This document shows, piece by piece, positions 26,781-38,176 of a DNA stretch of 64,000 bases. The notes beneath the pieces are model-generated. The model had not been told where the DNA came from and ran no database searches. It was given only the letters and a program-made list of their open reading frames with translations. Origin of the DNA: Stylophora pistillata (taxonomy: Eukaryota); contig NW_019217804.1 of NCBI RefSeq assembly GCF_002571385.2, positions 450,306 through 514,305 on the forward strand, in the 5' to 3' direction. Made by a program: the position numbers and the translations under genes. The first letter of the stretch is position 1. The number at the start of each line of letters is the position of its first letter.

Positions 26781-29700
26781 ACAATAAAAGCTCTTTTTCC
26801 GGAAGTCTCTCCCCTAGATAAACCGTGATTTGTAAACAGGAACTCAATGGTGGTAAACTAGCACAAATCTTTTCCTTGCTCTGAAAACAAACATCTAATC
26901 GCGTTCTTCTTCTTTGACAGTTCTAGAGTGGTCCGTGGTACGAAACTTGACATTTGAGAGAAAATTTAACGATACATTAGGTCACCGAACGCCTGAAAGT
27001 ATTTCCCTTTAACGTGAGAAATTTTGTCATAGGTTATCCTATTGGTGATAACGTATAAACGATGTCTAATAAGTGTTGAAAACTTAGTGGTCCATTTATA
27101 GTAGCTATCATCTATTTCTGTCATGACCCCTTTTAATCTCTTAATCTACTAATGGCTTCACTCTTAGCAAAACATTAGTCAGCGGGTGAAAGATCAGTTC
27201 CAATTTGGCGTGACGCAATTTAACACCACGGGAGATACCATGTGTACGCACAGCTACAATTGTTGGTATATCAATTGTATTGCGTCGAATTGTCATAGTG
27301 CCACATTAGACTAGCTGTGATATCGCTTATGAGCTCATATGTGCGTGTTATTTGAACGTTGATAGCATGCTATCGTGGTACTGATGAATATAAATGTCAT
27401 TAGATAACTGACACGTGGCCTAAGGCGAATCGGAGATTTCGAATCTGCTTATGTTGTTAAAACCTGACAATCTCATTCGCCGCAAGACTTTTGAAGAGAC
27501 TACCGATTTATGGTAATAACAAAATTTACAAGGGTTATTTTTAGAGAGAAACATGTTCGTATTGTAAAACTATCCATCAACACTACAATTTGATCGGAGC
27601 TAAACTCCTAGTAAGGCTTTAAAGGATTTCAATTTTAGAGAAGAGCGCGCGGATAGGAATTTTTTTTTAAGGATAATTCATTTTCATCTAACAGTAAGCA
27701 AAATTTCTCATGATATTTTTGCGACCTATATACCCCCAACTTGTCAATGTAAATTCAAAATAACTATTCGTGATAGGGAAGAGAGACCAAAGGCCAAAGA
27801 CCAAAAATGGGCATTGATTATTTAGATGAGAAAAAAAAATGGGGAAGGATTTTTTTTTTTAGAAAAGCTAAACGGATTAAAAATAAGGAAATTGAACACC
27901 CCGAAAAAATTATTTTTCGCTGCTTCAACCTCGCCAGTGATTTTATTCATTGTATGCGGCAATCACAACTTACACAACGCAGGGGTTCGTAGCCGTAAAT
28001 TCGTTTGGCCAATCAGCCTCGAGCATTGACCGCGCCCAACAGTCGCCTTACGCGAAAACATAAGCATGTTTATAAAATCAGAAAACTCGTCAGCAAAAAG
28101 AGAAACGCAGGTTTTCAAATTAAGACCTTGCCAAACAAAAAAAGATTACTTACACTTAAATCAAGTGTATGTATATCTGTAAATGTATATGTTATTTGGG
28201 TAATGCTATTCTAATCATTAGAGTTTTTCGTTGGAATTGAATTTAAAATTACAGTAAATCACTTTGAGCACTAAAATGAGCTTGTTGGTTTTTGAAATTC
28301 CCTGTAAAACAAAACATTTTCTGTTCAAAGTCTGACGGACTTATTTGTAATAGTTATCACTGTGTACTGTACTGGCTGGGGTGATATATTAACACATCTC
28401 CTTCTATGGATGCCTTATAGCCAAGCAACTCTGCAAATAGACTCACCTGAATTATGTTTTTGAAAACCGATATTGAGAATGACAACCGTGTAACTGAGAA
28501 AGATTCCGCTTTGCCGTGTTTTTCTTTCGACTTAAACAGAAACTACCTTTCTTAAATATGACAGTGAACCTAGGAATTCTTAGAATGAGACCTAACTCCA
28601 AGGAAGTTGATGTAAACTACTTTCTACAAACCAAAAAGAGGAAAAATATATAGACTGACCTTGGAAATTTATTGAACTCGAACACATTGACTATAGGACG
28701 CTTCTTATAAAAATATGGACTACGGACTATGGACTGCCGACGACCAGTAACTTCGTCACATCTGGTTGGCTCACCCGAGTGATAATTATGTAAATCGATT
28801 CTACCCTAGCACAGAGTGGCGTTCATTGCGCCACTCAGCATTCAGTTCAATCGTCCAATTTTGTTCTTCCTGTAAAAATCGTAAATTCATGGGTTTTCCC
28901 TCACTTTGAATTAAATGCAGAAAAGCGACTATTTGAACAGCCACTTATTACCCTTATGGCGCTCGTGTAAGTTGTTTAGACGTTTCCCAAATTCCTGACG
29001 ATAATTAGATAAGGAAGTTGCGCATGTTTTTCATATACGGAGAGGTAACTTTGCTGCGTAAAAGCAAACGGGAAAAAAACACGCACCAAGAAGTAATGAA
29101 AATCTTTCAGAATGCATAAAGTAACTAGCTGGGGAGCTAATCCAAAATAGAGGAAGCGAAAATAAATAAAATCTGCTAGTTGATCGTCACAAACTCATTG
29201 ATTGTGCTTTAGATTTTGGTTATTTTTAATTTTTTAAGTATTAACTTTGGATATCGTCGACAGTACTGTGGGGAGCTTTACGGGGGATCTCTGTAAATAT
29301 GATCAAACCAGTAATGTGAGAACGAAGTATGATAATAGAATCTGAATTGCTGGGTAAATAAGACTATTGGATAAGGAAATTAGCGAGTTGTGGTCCCTTT
29401 TGTGATATCTAAGCCCGAAAAAGGCCGCACATGTATCAGCTATCTCAAAACTGGTGTGCACTCCTTATGTGGTACCTCTGTAAGAGAGAAATCGCTACTC
29501 TTTTTAAAATTCTCATGGGATCTCCTGCCTTGTCGTGCAATGTCACAGAAAATAATTTTAACAACAAGACTTACCGCGAAGTTGAAGAATGATAGAAATT
29601 TTACCACATGACAGCGGAATCCGAATGAATCAGCGGTTGAGCACCACAACTATTTTCTTAGCCCTTCTTTCTAGGTAATGTTAATTCTTGGTAAAGAAGT

Positions 29701-31784
29701 TTTTGTAGCCTTTGTCTCAAGCGTAATCTTTGACAACTAAACACCCATTGAATGTTCTAAGAATGACTCGCACAAGCGCCACGCTTTTCATGTGATTTCC
29801 TAGAATTCTAACCGCACGTGATGGAATCTCCATAAAACTTTAACTTGCAGGCAAGTCCCGCTTATTGTCCAATCAATTTGGATAATCGCCGGCTCTATCT
29901 TCCTGATCGCATGTTCACGAAACTATGTTTCTTTTGGAACAGAGATCGTGTCTGTATGTGGCTGATTTCATAATTCTTGAAGCCTTCTATTCCCTTTTTC
30001 TTCTCGATTTGAAGTCATCCCTTTCCCCCTCCAACGAAAAGAAGCGGCATATCTTGATCTAGCGAAGGTTATCCTCCCACCCCGTATTTCTTCTTTGAAA
30101 ACCCCATATGTCCAGAATTTCGCATCTCAATTTGCCACAACAACATCTAGAAGTTACTAGATTTTAGATATGAAATCACTTTAATTGTTGAACTTATTAG
30201 AAAAATCGATGAAAAGGAGTAACCGCTCACCTTTTGCATACTTGAGGTGTAGTTGAACATGAAATTAATTCGACAAGAAACTTCAACATCCTCGGAATCA
30301 TCATGCACATGAAATCTTCTCTGGGAGAACAATCGACAAAACTGACCTTTGTTTAAAAGCAAGGCAAAACGAATGAGTGCTTTTACGACTTGGGAATATG
30401 ATCTGTCCTGCAGCCAAAGTAGAACTATATTTACCAATAGCCAGTGCTTTCTCACATGACGTTCTGCCTAGCGGATGACGTCCAGTTGCAAAGCAAATAA
30501 GCACAACGATTGTTAATTTACCGAAAATGTACGTGCTCGGAGCTAATATTTCCTTTTTTAACTTTTTACAAGTAGGTTGTAAAGAGACAACAGTTTTCTT
30601 TCCACCTCACTAAATCTCGAGGAAACTTTTCATGCAATTTAAATGAACAAAGGACATTGCATCGGTTTCTTTTTACAATCCTGATGGGCTTTTACTACGA
30701 CAAAATGGACTCGAGAGTCCTTATTTTTGATAATCCTTTCAAAGAAAAAGAGATTTATCGTATACTCCAAGCACGCCGTTTAGATACTTTGAAAGTGTTA
30801 TCAACAAGAGAAGACATTCGGGTCTTTTTATCTTGTTTTTAAACTTACAAAAGTAACGCTGTTTTAATGTCCTCAAACGAAGTAAATATATGGCAGTACA
30901 TCGGAGCACGTGTTTTGCAATTTATTTGAATGTTATTTTTACACTGCAGTTACTATATTTTATTTTAGTAATTCTCTTATCCGAGAATAATTCACAAATT
31001 TTCTAATTTTTTCTAAAAAGTACGTGCCTCTTATCGCGTACATGCTACTTTGTACTTTCTTTAATCATTGTCTGTGTACAGAGTGTGCAATGAATAAGCT
31101 TTGACTTTAACATTTCAAATACCGAAGTCCAAGATAAGTTTGATAGAAAAAGGGTTGATGAGTCATAAACCTTTTTTCCACCAAAATTATTTTGGATCCC
31201 CTCTGAATTCTGCTACAATACTTCATGTGTTTAAGAAGCACAAGTTTCCTTTAAGCAGAGTTTAAGTAATCAGCTCTAACTCAAATTTTAGGAGACTTAG
31301 ATTCCAGACTTTATTTTAGATTTTTACTTGAGTGACATTAAGTATTGACGATGCTAGTTTCAGTTAATCTTCTGCCTTATTCTCTCATTCCAGATACTTT
31401 ATGTGGCTTGACGCAGCAGACGGGTGGACTTTTGAGAGACCGGACTTTATTCCCGCATGTACTCGTGCCGTGAAAGACATCGGATCTTATTACGCGAGAT
31501 ATTCCTCAGTTTTGGTAAGAATCACCCTCTGTCAGTATTAAAATTCTCTTTAAAGCATTTCCTAGAACGTCTACTCTACAGATATTTGACGGAAGGAAGT
31601 GCCAACTTCGAGGGTTTCCGATATTTCTCCATATCCTTATTCCGTCGCGTAGAATTCCTGTTCCCGCGCGGTCAACCAAAAATTTCCCGTGCGGGAGTGG
31701 GCTAGTAAAGTGACGTCACGCATCCCTTTTACCCGATTGGTTTGTTTGTCGGCTGTCTTCGCGCGAGAAGTCAAGAAGGATTTA

Positions 31785-31879
31785 GGGCCTGATTACATGA
31801 ACCGGGCTGATTTCTTTTGTTTTCACGCTTTGGCGAACACCAAAACAAAAGAAATCAGCCCGGCTCATGTAATCAGGCC
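31785..31879. mobile_element. Tiny MITE (Harbinger/Tourist-like)
   Basis: GGCCTGATTACATGA.CCGGGCTGATTTCTTTTGTTT is paired with its reverse complement; TTA/TAA flanks. Confidence 0.65.
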
Positions 31880-33329
31880 ATAACTCAGTATTCCTGTTTC
31901 GAACGAGTTGTAAGCCTAAGTATATCAAGGACACCTGAAAAATGGCTCGAGATAAGCGCAGCGTAAACTTTTATGCTGACTACAGGCGGCCCAAGCTCAC
32001 TACTAGAAAAGCGGACGTGACTCTTACCGTGTTGCGTAACGTTTTATATTTATAAAGGTTTGTATGGGATGTTATCGGTTTGCCTTAAAAGAGAGAAAAA
32101 AATGTCTTGTTTTGAAATAAAATGGGCTTACCTTATTGCCTTGTTGTTTTCTTTGTTGATTCCGAGCGTCTCAGGCCATTTTGAAGCGTTTTCGGCGAGT
32201 TAGCGCTATGTTGGTGTTCAACTGCTAAAAGAAAGACAAGGCCGGAAACCTATTTTAGAAGCGTCCGTCGCCCGAAGCGAATAATTCCGCCAAAAAATTA
32301 CCACCAGTCTCGATTCCTCCAGAAAATCAAAGCAGAGATGTTGCAGTTCCATTTTCCATTCACTCGATTCACAATTCCTCCCACAGATCTTTCACTAGCG
32401 ATACTTTTATCTCCAGATCGATCGGCTTTCCAATTTCGAATTTGGCTGCTTGAAACGTTCGCGGCCCGTTCGCCGATCGCACAGTATGTTGGGTAACAAA
32501 AATAAGCCCGGCGAGGGTAGCCAGCGGCCTGCAGTCCAAAAACAAACCCGTTAGCTCCCCTGGTCCCCTCGAGAGGTTTTGTCAAGACCGCATTGTTTTG
32601 ATCGACCAATCAACATCGAATGNNNNNNNNNNNNNNNNNNNNNNNNNNNNNNNNNNNNNNNNNNNNNNNNNNNNNNNNNNNNNNNNNNNNNNNNNNNNNN
32701 NNNNNNNNNNNNNNNNNNNNNNNNNNNNNNNNNNNNNNNNNNNNNNNNNNNNNNNNNNNNNNNNNNNNNNNNNNNNNNNNNNNNNNNNNNNNNNNNNNNN
32801 NNNNNNNNNNNNNNNNNNNNNNNNNNNNNNNNNNNNNNNNNNNNNNNNNNNNNNNNNNNNNNNNNNNNNNNNNNNNNNNNNNNNNNNNNNNNNNNNNNNN
32901 NNNNNNNNNNNNNNNNNNNNNNNNNNNNNNNNNNNNNNNNNNNNNNNNNNNNNNNNNNNNNNNNNNNNNNNNNNNNNNNNNNNNNNNNNNNNNNNNNNNN
33001 NNNNNNNNNNNNNNNNNNNNNNNNNNNNNNNNNNNNNNNNNNNNNNNNNNNNNNNNNNNNNNNNNNNNNNNNNNNNNNNNNNNNNNNNNNNNNNNNNNNN
33101 NNNNNNNNNNNNNNNNNNNNNNNNNNNNNNNNNNNNNNNNNNNNNNNNNNNNNNNNNNNNNNNNNNNNNNNNNNNNNNNNNNNNNNNNNNAAGCACTCTA
33201 AACAACAAACGTGTCTAGTTACAATGATAAGGTTGAGATCGGACGTCAGCATTATCAGGCGCCTCTGGCAGCCGCTTCAGTCCATGTAACGATCTCACCT
33301 TCCCTCCCATCCCACCCTAGGGGAGGACA

Positions 33330-33563
33330 TCCACCACACAGTAATCTCGTGCGTGGGAAATTAACGTCTCCTACCCCTAACCCTGCAGGAGACGGGGCCT
33401 ACGGTTTATTCGTCCTTATCCGAGAAGACTTGATATTATAGAAAGGTAGCAAATTCTCCTCACTTATTTTAAGACCATGAGTATTTGTCCGGCCGGGGCT
33501 CGAACCCTCGACCTCCCGCACAACGCAATCCGGCGCTCTAACCAATTGAGCTAACCGTGAGCT
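33330..33563 (-). mobile_element. tRNA-derived SINE
   Basis: Minus-strand head GGTTAGCTCAATTGGTTAGAGCG (Pol III A box) ... GGTTCGAGCCC (B box), followed by a non-tRNA body. No clean cloverleaf acceptor stem. 3' boundary approximate. Confidence 0.75.
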
Positions 33564-33605
33564 TGGGCTGCCTGTGTGCTGACTTGAATAAAATGTCGAT
33601 GGCGG

Positions 33606-33899
33606 ATGTCCTGGATGTTGGGCCAGAAAAAAAAGAAAAGGAAAACGCTGAAGGGTGTCTTCAAGGCTGAGCGGTTGGTGGCGGTAAAGAACACAAAGGT
33701 AAGGATATCGAACGATTGCCATAACAAACCTTCATAAAGCTGGAATAAAAGCCATCAAAATATCGACAAAAATTTACTACTCTAAATGGATTTTTATTGT
33801 AGTCTGAGAAGCCTGTTTATCTGATCAAGTGGCGAGGTTGGGGGTCCGAACACAACACGTTCGAGTCAGAATCGCACATTTGGATAACGATCTTTCAAG
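33606..33899 (+). pseudogene. Spliced chromodomain-coding exons (Polycomb/CBX-like chromodomain), probably degenerate
   Basis: Exon 33606-33698 MSWMLGQKKKKRKTLKGVFKAERLVAVKNTK|gtaagg. Exon 33803-33899 SEKPVYLIKWRGWGSEHNTFESESHI..|gtaagt. Canonical TWEP is altered to TFES, and there is an apparent 1-nt deletion after HI (LDNDL in the other frame). Confidence 0.75.
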
Positions 33900-34739
33900 G
33901 TAAGTCCTGCTTTAGACGCCAAAGGGGTTCGACACGTTCCCTTTCAGATATCTCTGCTCGTAATTTTTAAGTGAAAAGCAAAATTTTAATGAAATTCTTC
34001 CGATTCCTGGTAGACCACCCGGCGCTACCGTTGATTATTTCATGCGCAAGCATTTAGAGAAAGTAAATGTTTTTATTCGGAGGAGATTTTCGCATGTATC
34101 AAACTTTCTTCCACCGGATTAGCTTCTCGCTGTTAAATGCATGCCATTTTTTGTCCAGCTATTTCAGAAATCCATCTCCCCCACAGGACGTGCTTTTGCT
34201 GAGAACTTCGAGAGACTGAAAAGTACCATCGAGAGTGCACTTTGCAGCCCCAAAGGGTATGGTTTTTCAGTCGTTTTGGTCGTAAACAGGGTATTGATTT
34301 TGGCCACTTTGGTCAGAAACAGGGTATGTTTTTTGCACTTTGGTCTTGAAATAAGTTTTTTTTTTTTTTTTTTTTTTAAAAAAGCTTCTTTTTCATATTA
34401 TCGATAAGACCATCAAATATAGTCCTTCACAAATAATGTTTAGATCAACTGCCTTAAACAGGGTATTGAATTTTAGGTAAGGTCATAAATAGGGTGGGGA
34501 AAATCACAGGGTTTGTTCATAAATAAGGTAAGGGTTTGGGGAGTGGGCTGCACACCCCCACCTAATTTTTCTGGCAGTTCTTCCTCCCAGGCCTCAGGTA
34601 GAGTTACCATTTTGCCATGCCATTATATCTGAAGTGATGGGTTTGTCTAATTTAATTTGAAAAATAGCAACTAGTTCTTTTTTTTTTTTTTGCAATTTCT
34701 TGAGGTCACTCAGGGTGTAACTTTCACTGATCTGATGAC

Positions 34740-37300
34740 AGCTGTTGTTTGCAATTGAAGTAGATGTACAGGAATTTCAACAACCTGAGGACAGCAGTAA
34801 TTCCTATGTGGAAAGAGCTTGTGATGCTTCTGCAATAGAATTTTTAACAGCATTCTTAGCCACTAGACTCTTTCCCTGTTCCCAATAGATGTCCCTCTTT
34901 TGGTAACTTCTATGTTTACGGGAACATCCCTCATGCTCCAAAACCTCTATCCCTTTTTCTACCAGAAAAATCTGGCAACAACTATCCCATTGAGCACACT
35001 TTCTTTGAAAGTATTAATACATGTCATCATTTTTCTTCTCCACACCTGCAAAATGACAGAGAAATAAAGAGGACAGATTGAAAAATATTGATTACCAGTG
35101 GATTAAAAGTGTGGCACTTACATTGTACATGTTAATGAAACTTGTAATCCTTGAATACAGGTATTTTCGCATGGCGTATGTAGTAGAGATGTAGCTATAC
35201 TATGATATGCATACCCTGGCCAGTAAATGACTTGACAGATCCCATTTCTTGCAGTAAATCAGGAAGGTGGCATAACATAATGTGTATGTAAGGTGTTATG
35301 GGATTTGCTTTGGCTTATTCAGGCCCTCTAATTTCAAACTGCAAAGCAGAAGAGCCCATTCTTTTACCCACAGGAAATAGAATAAATATATATAACTACA
35401 TAGAAATAAATATTTCAGTCAGAATGTTTAATTGCAGCTGGCACTGAAAGTAGACTGTCTGAATATATTGATGACCATATTATTACTTAGCTTGGGAAAT
35501 CCAGGCCATCTTTCTGAGACGGACTCCAACTTCCAAATATGTCATAAAGTTCTTTGAAATCCTGTACATAATAAACAGATGCAATATTTCAAAAAATAAA
35601 TAAACAAATAACGATAAAAAAGCAGGTAACAAATTGAAATTCATGCAAGATTTAGAAGCAAATCAACTCAAAACAGTATAATTGTACTTAATTTCCACAA
35701 TTTGGTCAGCTGTTCACAAACCTCAGGAGGTAGAAAGGAGAAGAATTTAGAGGGGAGGCTTCTTCACAGTTTCTTCTTTTCATTTCACATAAGAGATGTC
35801 CAGTCTAAATTTCCTTGTTTGACTGTCCAAATTGACAGAGATACACCACACTCTCTAACAGCTTCAAGGAATGTTTTCAGATGTATTCCCCTTTGCTCTT
35901 TGCTTAATTTCTTGAAATCATCTTTCTAAGTAGCAACAAGATCTATTCTTTATGTTCATAATAAATGAACAAGAAATTAAAGCAGACTGCTGTTGTTCAA
36001 ATTTGCTTTAATTTACATTGTAGACTTTACACTACTGGCAAGTCTTTTTTATCTTTAATTCATTTACCTCATCCCAGCTAATAACTTCATGGATAATGCC
36101 CTTCTCTAGAATATCTGTAATCTGCAAAACCATGTGGAGCTCATCAATCATGAATCTTTCAAGTGGTACGTCAAAAAGAGGCGGTGTGCTGCATCCAGGA
36201 TCCTTATACCATCCAGGGTTTAAATTGTGTTTCAGTTTCAAGAAAAAAGTCAAAGGCTTGGTGAAGTCATTCCTATAAAATAATAAAATTTAAATATGAG
36301 TGTTGCAGTTGTTGAGGCCCATATGGTAATTGTGTGTATGGCTACATCCAATGATTGAGAATTTATTGTGTAAGTAAGTATTTACTGATACAGTTGTATT
36401 TAGTTTTTGTTGTTATGTAAATCATCATTTTAAGTAAATTATGTATTGTCACTGAAAAGCTCCACCATGGAAGTGTCAATAAAGTTATTGTATTTGACTC
36501 ACAGATATTACCGTTCTTCATTGCTACATGTACACCAAACACATGAATGTTTACATGTTGCAGCCTTCATACCCATACAGAGTAGAAGAAACTGGAGGAA
36601 AAAAAAGATATGTAACAGTAAATTATTAATTTTTACTGAGAATGCCTTAAATTGAACTTGAAAAACTTGCATTGCAATATTAATAACATTTTTATTTGAA
36701 CAATTTTTTACCTTTTTTTCTATGCTTGAATTAATGATGAATTGATTGATAATATACAATGAAAAGTGAACCAGATTTATAATATCTGGCTTTTTAAGGG
36801 GGTACAGGTAAAAAAAGGCATAAACCACATACATGTATGTGTTCCTCTCAAAAAAAGGTGGATGGAAAATAGTTATGTCTGGATTTGTTAACCTTGTAGT
36901 CACCATCAAGATAGAGCTGGATTTTCAGTTGCTTTCCATCTACCCAAGGAGTTTTTCTTTTGAGAGGGAGTTAACTTCTTCAATGACATTTTGGAGGCTG
37001 GTTCTTAAAGTATCATAGTCCCCCTTACATGCAACCACTGAGATTGTATGACTTCCTGGACAAATTAAAGGTAAACAAGGTTTATTTTGTAATAAATGGC
37101 ATTCCCTTCATAAGAGATGCTGCCAAATGTGCACATAATTATATTACCTGAACTAGACACGACAGCCTAGCGATCATCCAACAGTGGGAATGAAAAAAAC
37201 AAGGCCACTGTTGTGGGTTAAAGCAGCCCCATCCCCACTTAGCTTTGACCTTGTGAAAGAACATTAAACTAGTCTTTTAAGTAACGTCTTCCTCGGATTA
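34740..37300 (-). pseudogene. Intron-containing RAG1/Transib(Chapaev)-related DDE transposase, decayed
   Basis: Ordered exons give KLSGDGA (D at ~37232), LYLDGDYK|FLLLCMGMKAATCKHSCVWC (D at ~36900, CxxC), MIDELHMVLQITD, WTSLM*NEKKKL, ITPYIHIMLCHLPDLL..GSVKSFTGQ|GVEKKNDD (E at ~35039). This is the same motif order as RAG1 D600/D708/CxxC/IDALH/MNGN/HxxxxH/E962. Multiple stops and frameshifts; ends approximate. Confidence 0.8.
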
Positions 37301-37822
37301 ACAGTGGAAATACGAAATGAATTTTGTAATGGAAATAATATCAAAAGATATGGTAATATTGAAAGTACCTTGAAGACTTTATCCTCGGGAGCTTCAATGT
37401 TATCGGCTTCAATCTATTTCGATTGATTTCTTCTAATTCTGTATTTATCATGGGTTAGGTAACCCTTTCTTTGGGGCGTTGCATAGTATGTTGTTACAAT
37501 TTCTTCATTAGCGGTAGGGTACCTACAATATTCGAGCTGTTGTCATTTATATTCATTCGTGTCTTACGACCGTCCCCACGCCCTCGAAATTAAATACCCA
37601 ATGACTAGGGATTGTCAGTTTCCCTTAGAAGTAGCTTTTTGCATATACGAACATAGTTAAGATTGTTTTGTGGAGTGGTTTTTCTTGCTTTATCATCATT
37701 TTGTTTTTTACATTTCCGAATTTTCGTTCCGTTGATGTACCATTCCTATTAATTGTGTTGATGAAGGCATAATAAAGAGGGCCGCCTAAATATTCGCTTG
37801 AGCGGGGTAGCTAATTACAGGA

Positions 37823-38176
37823 TAACTTTCTTTCTGTTGTCTGTGCCGCGTGGCTCTTTCCTCGCGAAGAAGCATGTTTCTTTGTGACAAGTTTTTCGCT
37901 AATTGCGCGTGCTTCGCGCGAGTACAGTCGGCATTGCCGATATCTTTAGTGTATTCAAATTACAATCGATCGGTAACTGTCGGCCGATTTCCGCCGATCA
38001 GGTCAGCATTTGGTCGGAAAAATAACGCGAAGTACTGGGAACAAGGCAGGAAATTTGAAAGAAAAACAAATATGGCGGCTGTAGTCGAAGAAATGTGGCT
38101 ATCAAAACACGCTTTCTCATGCTTTTTCTTTGCGAGGAAAAACCCACGTGGCACAGACACAGCAGAAAGAAAGTTA
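37823..38176. repeat. Imperfect ~55 bp inverted repeat pair around a CpG-rich segment
   Basis: TAACTTTCTTTCTGTTGTCTGTGCCGCGTGG..CTCGCGAAGAAGCATG versus CATGC..GCGAGG..CCACGTGGCACAGACACAGCAGAAAGAAAGTTA. Confidence 0.65.

Noticed and set aside
31393-31514. Plus-strand exon-like segment YFMWLDAADGWTFERPDFIPACTRAVKDIGSYYARYSSVL with AG/GT ends
   Set aside because: No recognisable homology and no supportable gene model; could be chance.
32551-33289. Long ORFs in the track
   Set aside because: Artefacts of the N gap.
33485-33563. Possible tRNA gene
   Set aside because: A and B boxes are present, but there is no convincing acceptor or anticodon stem and it runs into a repeat body; treated as a SINE head.
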